DNA from: Promethearchaeota archaeon
GTDB lineage: Archaea > Asgardarchaeota > Lokiarchaeia > Sigyniarchaeales > SOKP01
Reading direction: 5' to 3'
DNA: 64,000 nt
Assembly (NCBI GenBank): GCA_011364975.1
Contig: RDOE01000002.1
Coordinates: forward strand, 37,188 to 101,187
Shown here piece by piece: positions 58,045 through 64,000 of the stretch. Both the position numbers and the translations under genes were made by a program. Below the pieces are notes generated by a model that was given only the letters and a program-made list of their open reading frames with translations, had not been told where the DNA came from and searched no databases. The first letter of the stretch is position 1; every line of letters begins with the position of its first letter.

Positions 58045-58653
58045 TTAAAGTTGCAAACTTTTTAATTTCTTTATCACGACAGTTTGAATTTTCTCTTGAA
58101 CCAATTCAATTATGTCGTCCGTATCCAGTAAAAAATAATTTTCTTCCTTTGCACGCTTAATATATAATTTTCTTACCTTTTCAAGAAAAATTGAATTTTC
58201 AAATTTATCTAAGTGCTCTTGAGATTTTCTTGCTAAAGATATTTTAGGATCAAGATCTAAAATGATTGTAATATCTGGCTTTTCTGCGAACTTATTAATA
58301 TTTTTAACCCATTCCAAAGAAATGTCATCCGATTGGCAAGATTGATAAACAATAGATGATTCCACATATCTATCAGAGATTACAATAAAGCCTTCATTTA
58401 ATTTCTTTTTTATTTCAGTATAGAAATGAAGAACCCTATCTGCAGCAAACATTAATGCATCTACGGAGGGAGGAATGTCTTTATTTTTCAAATATTTTCT
58501 TATTAATGTGCCAATTTCTGAATTTGATGGCTCATGAGTTAAAAAAACCTTATAGTTTTTTGATTTAAGAAATCCGGTAAGAAGTTGACTGTGAGTTGTG
58601 GTTCCAGAACCATCAATACCATCTAAAACTATAAAAAGTGAACGTTTCTCCAA
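58045..58653 (-). CDS. tmk: Thymidylate kinase
   Basis: DGIDGSGTTT, THEP, FAADR, SDRY..SS..YQ, PDITI.LD. Confidence 0.93.
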   Translation of the reverse strand: MEKRSLFIVLDGIDGSGTTTHSQLLTGFLKSKNYKVFLTHEPSNSEIGTLIRKYLKNKDIPPSVDALMFAADRVLHFYTEIKKKLNEGFIVISDRYVESSIVYQSCQSDDISLEWVKNINKFAEKPDITIILDLDPKISLARKSQEHLDKFENSIFLEKVRKLYIKRAKEENYFLLDTDDIIELVQEKIQTVVIKKLKSLQL

Positions 58654-58820
58654 AATAATTCATGTAAGTTGATAATATACTTCTAGCACATAAGACTAGT
58701 ATTATATATTATTGCTAAAATTATTAATAAATTATAATTTAACTAAAATTGATTAAATTTTAAATTAAATTTTATATTCATAATCTTAGATTTTTGAAAA
58801 ATTTAAAAAACCTAATAAAT

Positions 58821-59198
58821 ATGACAACTAGAAACCCTGTTGGATATTGCCCTAATTGTAAACAAAATGTCTTGTTAGTAAGAGAAGATATTAATTGGCC
58901 ATTGGCAATAATTTTATTATGTCTTACTGCAGGAATTGGATTGCTTATATATTTAATAATTTACTATAGTCAAGCTGAAGATCATTGTATTCATTGTCAC
59001 ACTCAAATATTTGCCACTTCTGCTCAATACGCACCCTCAGTTCTTTCTACTAAATCAGAATCTCAAAAAGCCTATCAATTTAATAGTCAAACATCTCAAC
59101 AGCCTGAGAAAATCCAGTCTCGATATTGTCCATTTTGTGGTGAACAATTGAGAGATTCTTCCGCTCAATTTTGTTCTAATTGTGGTGCAAAAGTGTAA
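58821..59198 (+). CDS. LITAF-like zinc/membrane domain protein with a C-terminal zinc ribbon, copy 1
   Basis: CPNC-hydrophobic stretch-HCIHC, Gln/Ser linker, CPFCG...FCSNCG. The ATG at 58821 is preferred over the TTG at 58794. Confidence 0.72.
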   Translation: MTTRNPVGYCPNCKQNVLLVREDINWPLAIILLCLTAGIGLLIYLIIYYSQAEDHCIHCHTQIFATSAQYAPSVLSTKSESQKAYQFNSQTSQQPEKIQSRYCPFCGEQLRDSSAQFCSNCGAKV

Positions 59199-59636
59199 GG
59201 GGATTTTTAATTAATTATTAGAAAACCACTTTACATCTCAGACTACAGACAAATTTCTTCTTTTTGGATAAATAATAGGTATTATTTCTTTTCTAAGACG
59301 TTTATTAGATTTTGAACGAATTTTTTTGAGTTTGAAAAATATTCGAATATTTTAAATCCAAATTTTATCTACGAAAATTTAGATGGCTATCAATATTTGC
59401 TATACTATTTACTTGAAAAAATTAAAATTAATCTGATATTATGGGCTCGAAATTATCCATTCTAAGTTGATTTACTTTAAATCTTTATAAGTGCTCATAA
59501 AGTGTTCTTATTGCGAGCAATTCTCAAAAAAATTATAATTAAAGAATGGACTCCAAATTTTTTATATCCCGTTGATTCTAACTTTTAATTAAGAATATTA
59601 AAAAGTGAGAAATTTAGAATTAAAGAGGTCAAATAA

Positions 59637-60014
59637 ATGGCAACTATGTATTGTCCGAATTGTAAAATGAATGTTTTCACGGTAAGAGAGGATTTAGACA
59701 TTGCATTAATTATTATTTTATCTATTTTTACTGCGGGACTAGGTGCATTAATATATTTAGCAATATATTATGATAAAGAGAGAAATAGGTGTATTCATTG
59801 TAAATCAATTTGTCAACATATAACATTGGAGCACCAAAGCGGGAATCCTATAAGCTTAATTAGAGTTCCCTATGCTAGTGAAAGTGGAAATCAATTAGGT
59901 TATCAAATCCAAATTCAAGAACAACAATCTAAATTTTGTTTCAACTGTGGAATTAAACTTGATGAAAGAGAAGGATTGAAATTCTGTGCTTATTGCGGTA
60001 CAAAAATAATATAG
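59637..60014 (+). CDS. LITAF-like zinc/membrane domain protein with a C-terminal zinc ribbon, copy 2
   Basis: YCPNCK.NV..VRED...LAI/IIL...TAG.G.LIYL.IYY...CIHC shared with copy 1; CFNCG...FCAYCG. Confidence 0.72.
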   Translation: MATMYCPNCKMNVFTVREDLDIALIIILSIFTAGLGALIYLAIYYDKERNRCIHCKSICQHITLEHQSGNPISLIRVPYASESGNQLGYQIQIQEQQSKFCFNCGIKLDEREGLKFCAYCGTKII

Positions 60015-60026
60015 ATTAGCTTATTT

Positions 60027-60926
60027 TTATTTTTTTAAAATTTTCATAAATTCATAAAAGTATTTATAAGAATTCTGAAAATGGGAATCTTCTTTCGAGT
60101 ATTCTAATCCTTGAGTAAATATCTTTTCAAACTCGTTAAAATCTTTATTATAAATAATAGTCTTATATTCTTGTATTAAATTCTCTAATAAATCGAGAAT
60201 ATAAAGAAATTCATGATTTTCAATCTGGATTTCCCCAAACATCTCCATTTCTCTTTGAATTATGCTTTCTGCAAATACTTTTTGTAGAAGGAAAGTTGTA
60301 CCAGTATATTTTGTCAATTCTCCTAGTGAAAAGTTAGTATTTTTAAGAAGATTAAGAAAAATAATGTTAAGCATATGGGGAACCCCTAATGTTAAAGCTA
60401 CTTGTTTATCATGAAGTATTGGATCGGTTTCAGTGAGTATTAATCCATCAGATTTAAATATTTGCAGCAATTCTTTAATCAAATTTGCGTATTCCCTAGT
60501 ACCTCCTACTTTTATGACTATTATGACATAATTTCGCATATTTACGATTCCAGGCCCGAACATTGGATGAAGTGATAGACAATTGATGGGATATTGTTTT
60601 CTGGCTTCATCTAATACCTTAAAAACTGAGGATTTTATTGAAGAAATGTCAAATAAGATTGCATTATCTTTAAGATATGGAGCTACTTCTTTAATCATAT
60701 CAGGTGTAGTTCGAATAGGAATAGAAACCATTACTATGTCTGCATCCTTCACACTTTCTTCAAGATTTGTCAAGTATTTCACTTTTAACTCTTTTGCTTC
60801 TCTTCTTAAAATATCCTCATTTCTTGCATATAGAATAACATTAAATCCATGTTTCTTGAAATAACGAGCAAACACCTTACCCATTCCTCCAGAACCACCA
60901 ATAATAGTAACATTTTTTCCTAACAT
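60027..60926 (-). CDS. tyrA: Prephenate dehydrogenase
   Basis: IIGGSGGMG, DISSIK, LHPMFGP, HDKQVA...PH. Confidence 0.88.
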   Translation of the reverse strand: MLGKNVTIIGGSGGMGKVFARYFKKHGFNVILYARNEDILRREAKELKVKYLTNLEESVKDADIVMVSIPIRTTPDMIKEVAPYLKDNAILFDISSIKSSVFKVLDEARKQYPINCLSLHPMFGPGIVNMRNYVIIVIKVGGTREYANLIKELLQIFKSDGLILTETDPILHDKQVALTLGVPHMLNIIFLNLLKNTNFSLGELTKYTGTTFLLQKVFAESIIQREMEMFGEIQIENHEFLYILDLLENLIQEYKTIIYNKDFNEFEKIFTQGLEYSKEDSHFQNSYKYFYEFMKILKK

Positions 60927-61795
60927 TTCTCTAACTCCAAAAGCTCTTTTACTTTATTTTTCATTAATATTTTATTTGGTTTTTTACCTGTCCACCACTC
61001 AAATGCTAAAGCGCCTTGATTAATTAGCATATCAAGCCCACCTAAAGTTTTACATCCTATATCCTTAGCATCTTTTATTAATTTTGTCTCTAAGGGATTG
61101 TATATGATATCAAACACAAATAAATCTTTATGGATAAATTCTTTTTGAATAGGAGAATTATCAATATTGGGGTACATACCAATAGGAGTGGTGTTTATTA
61201 ATAGATCGATATTCTCTATTTCCTTTTTTAATATAGCATTTGTTAATTCTTTTCCTTCAACCTTTAAATTATAATTTTCAGCAAGTATTTCAGCTAGTTT
61301 TAATGCTCGAGATTTAGACCTATTAAGGATGAGCACTCGATCTATTTCTTCTCCTAAAGAATAACTAATAGCTTTAGCAGCACCACCCGCACCAATAATC
61401 ATAACATTCGTACTTTTGAGTTTAAAACCAGTGTCTTTGAGAGCCAATTTTGCTCCGATTGTATCTGTATTTTTGCCAACTAACATACCATCCTCGTTCT
61501 TTATAGAATTAATTGCTCCAATCTTCTCTGCTAGAGGTTCTATCTCATCTAAATATTGAATAATTGTTTCTTTATGGGGAATTGTTACGTTAATACCCTT
61601 AATATCTAGAGTTTTGAAACTATCAATCGCTTTTTTAAGTTTATCTGATGTAATATCAAATGCGAGATATACATAGTTTAGTCCTAAATCCTGTAAAGCT
61701 ATATTATGCATTATTGGAGACATACTGTGCTTTATAGGATGACCGATAACACATAAAATATTTGTCTCTGAATTGATAAAGTCCCTAATAGACAT
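60920..61795 (-). CDS. aroE: Shikimate dehydrogenase
   Basis: GHPIKHSMSP.MHN, NVTIPHK, NTD, GAGGAA, NTTPIGM, DIIYNP, GLDMLINQG. Confidence 0.95.
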   Translation of the reverse strand: MSIRDFINSETNILCVIGHPIKHSMSPIMHNIALQDLGLNYVYLAFDITSDKLKKAIDSFKTLDIKGINVTIPHKETIIQYLDEIEPLAEKIGAINSIKNEDGMLVGKNTDTIGAKLALKDTGFKLKSTNVMIIGAGGAAKAISYSLGEEIDRVLILNRSKSRALKLAEILAENYNLKVEGKELTNAILKKEIENIDLLINTTPIGMYPNIDNSPIQKEFIHKDLFVFDIIYNPLETKLIKDAKDIGCKTLGGLDMLINQGALAFEWWTGKKPNKILMKNKVKELLELEKC

Positions 61796-61901
61796 CAATA
61801 AATCAGAAGTTTTAAATTTCTTTTAATAATATCTTTAAGAAAAATAGTAATAAATAATTATTTAGGATTAATCAAATAATTTAACTAGGAAACTGAATAT
61901 A

Positions 61902-62456
61902 ATGGAAAAAAAAACATTAAGTCCAAAATTAGCTACTATTCCTATGCCTGCGGCAGTTATCTCCGTTGGTGTGGAAGAAGACGCAAATTTAATAACACTC
62001 GCTTATGTGGGAAAGGTTTGCTTAAATCCACCTATAATCGCCATTTCTATCCAACCCAAACGATATTCATATCAATTAATTGAGAAATATGGCGAGTTTG
62101 TGATTAATTATCCGACTGTTAATCAATTAAGAGAAACAGATTATTGTGGAACTAGATCAGGAAGAGATGTAAATAAATGGAAAGAATTGCATTTAACTAA
62201 AGAAAAAGCTTCGATTGTGAAAGTTCCTATGGTTAAAGAGTTTCCATGGAATATGGAATGCAAAGTAATAAAAAAATTAGAATTAGGTTCGCACGTATGT
62301 TATTTTGGTGAAGTTGTTGCTACACATTGTAACTCAGAGTTAATTAAGGATGATAATATAGATCCTGAACAAATTAGTACATTTGCGTATATCTCAGGAA
62401 ATTACATTCCGCTGGAACAAAAAATCATAGGAAAGCATGGGTTCAGTTTAAAATAA
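61902..62456 (+). CDS. Flavin reductase-like FMN-binding protein
   Basis: P.PA.VIS, NLITLA, PP.IAISI.P.RYS, GEFVIN, CGTRSGRDVNK, MECKV, GSH..Y.GEV. Confidence 0.88.
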   Translation: MEKKTLSPKLATIPMPAAVISVGVEEDANLITLAYVGKVCLNPPIIAISIQPKRYSYQLIEKYGEFVINYPTVNQLRETDYCGTRSGRDVNKWKELHLTKEKASIVKVPMVKEFPWNMECKVIKKLELGSHVCYFGEVVATHCNSELIKDDNIDPEQISTFAYISGNYIPLEQKIIGKHGFSLK

Positions 62457-62503
62457 AAAATTTTTTCATGCATTACTAAATTTTAATCAAATTTTTTGAT
62501 ATT

Positions 62504-63049
62504 ATGGGAAAAGATTCGATCGCTCTCATTGGATTCATGGCAACTGGTAAAACTACAGTTGGAAAAGCATTAGCAAAACATTTAGGAAACAAATTTGAGT
62601 TTCTTGAAACTGATGATCTAGTTATAAAGTTAGCGGGTAAGTCCATCCCAGAAATCTTCTCAGAAGATGGGGAACTTTTATTTAGGCGTTATGAAATTGA
62701 AGCGTGTAGATCAATCTCAAAACAGAGTAGCATTGTAATCTCATGTGGGGGAGGGATTGTATTAAACCAGATTAATATTGAGAATTTAAAAAGAAACTGC
62801 TATATAGTGTTATTGGAGGCATCAATTGAAGAAATTTATAAACGTATTGTAAAAGATGGAAAAGAATCAAGACCAGTTATAAATACAGGTAAGCCTATGG
62901 AAGATATTAAAAAGATTTTGGCTTATAGACAGCCTCTCTACAATTCAGCAGCAGAAATCGTTATCGATACGACTGGTAAATCAGTAAATGAAATAGTAAG
63001 TTTGATTTTGGCTAAAATAAAAGAAATTAACAAAAATCCTTTAATATAA
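62504..63049 (+). CDS. aroK: Shikimate kinase, bacterial (NMP-kinase fold) type
   Basis: LIGFMATGKTTVG, IPEIF..DGE..FR..E, SCGGG, RP, R.PLY. Confidence 0.93.
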   Translation: MGKDSIALIGFMATGKTTVGKALAKHLGNKFEFLETDDLVIKLAGKSIPEIFSEDGELLFRRYEIEACRSISKQSSIVISCGGGIVLNQINIENLKRNCYIVLLEASIEEIYKRIVKDGKESRPVINTGKPMEDIKKILAYRQPLYNSAAEIVIDTTGKSVNEIVSLILAKIKEINKNPLI

Positions 63050-63121
63050 AGTTAATTAGCTTTTTTTTACAAAATTGATTCAATCTTTTATTGAAATAAA
63101 AAAATAGATGAAAAAATAGAA

Positions 63122-64000
63122 ATGAAAATCGAACCAAGCAAAGAAGATGATCCTTATGAAGTTATCTTAAATAATATGCGTGAATACCCAAGCGATATTC
63201 CTACTGTTGATGGAAAAATCTCTGAAGCATTTAGAGAATATATAAAAATTCTTTTTACTCCAGAAGAAGCAATGATTGCCCAATATTTAACTGTAAAACC
63301 TCAGAGTGTCAATGTTATCTCAAAAAAAATAGAAAAAAGTAAAGAAGAGACAAAAAGAATTCTAGAAGATATGACAAAAACTGGGATTATCCAAGACATT
63401 GGAGGATATTCCTACTTCCTAGCAATGGCACATCTTTTAAATATGGGTTTTAAATACTCTAGAACTTTAAAAAGACTTGGGAAAAAAGGAGCAGAATTAT
63501 ACCAACAGTTCTTTATCGATGAAAAGTTTTATAAGAGATATGAATCTTCTGATAAGGGTACTTCACTTACACGTGTAGTACCTGTAAATTTAACAATAGA
63601 CCATCAATCTACAATTTCGAATGCGGAAGAAATCCACGATATAATTGAGAATTGTATGGGACCTATAGTTATCACTGATTGTCCCTGTCGTAAAAGAACT
63701 GAAACTTTAGCTATAAGAGAATGTAAAGATAAATTTCCTATAGAAGATACATGTTTTCAGGTGGGTTTATTTGGACAATACTTTTTAAGAAGAGGGGAGG
63801 GGAAAGAACTTTCACGCAAGGACGCCCACGATATGGTAAATGTGCTAGCAAAAATGGGATTAGTTTTTACCACTGAAAATATAAAAAGCCCAATACACCA
63901 AGTTATTTGTAGTTGTTGCGCATGTTGTTGTGCTTTATTAAGAGGGATGACACGCTTTGAAGATAAGAATGAATATTGTACTGCTAAGTCAAATTATATA
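63122..64000 (+). CDS. Fe-S protein with an N-terminal wHTH-like region (4Fe-4S dicluster-associated family); runs off the window
   Basis: Not in the ORF track. Open frame from ATG 63122: MKIEPSKEDDPYE...LFTPEEA.IA...RVVPVN...DCPCRK...C...TCF...GLV...ICSCCACCCALLR. Confidence 0.78.
   Translation, partial: MKIEPSKEDDPYEVILNNMREYPSDIPTVDGKISEAFREYIKILFTPEEAMIAQYLTVKPQSVNVISKKIEKSKEETKRILEDMTKTGIIQDIGGYSYFLAMAHLLNMGFKYSRTLKRLGKKGAELYQQFFIDEKFYKRYESSDKGTSLTRVVPVNLTIDHQSTISNAEEIHDIIENCMGPIVITDCPCRKRTETLAIRECKDKFPIEDTCFQVGLFGQYFLRRGEGKELSRKDAHDMVNVLAKMGLVFTTENIKSPIHQVICSCCACCCALLRGMTRFEDKNEYCTAKSNYI

Noticed and set aside
1-64000. rRNA, tRNA, CRISPR arrays, IS elements
   Set aside because: No GC-rich structured RNA-like segment, regularly spaced repeat-spacer array, terminal inverted repeats or transposase ORF was seen by eye. 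A covariance-model scan would be needed to exclude small RNAs.

Overview
AT-rich, gene-dense archaeal chromosomal DNA. The gene content points to an Asgard archaeon, probably Lokiarchaeia; this is an inference from ubiquitin machinery, ether-lipid genes, H4MPT/F420 genes and archaeal uS2. The most notable region is 1-6485, a self-contained ubiquitin-like conjugation locus. It has two close Ubl paralogues ending in a single Gly plus a short tail (STAG-LKC, STAG-YF) instead of GG, a membrane-anchored protein carrying a third copy of the Ubl domain, a wHTH regulator, and an operon Ubl-E1-E2-JAMM-polytopic membrane RING protein. Next come pterin/flavin/F420/methanopterin genes (6.5-21 kb), a CPBP protease-PadR-HAAS operon with a clear periodic operator array, two orphan N6-adenine methyltransferases, an ether-lipid operon with a polyprenol kinase, a putative sugar/inositol catabolic group, a radical SAM-HhH/DUF4130 pair, housekeeping genes and two LITAF-like zinc-ribbon membrane proteins. 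At least three genes appear to need ATT/ATA start codons. No rRNA, tRNA, CRISPR array or transposase was recognised. All family calls come from motif recognition by eye, not from database searches.
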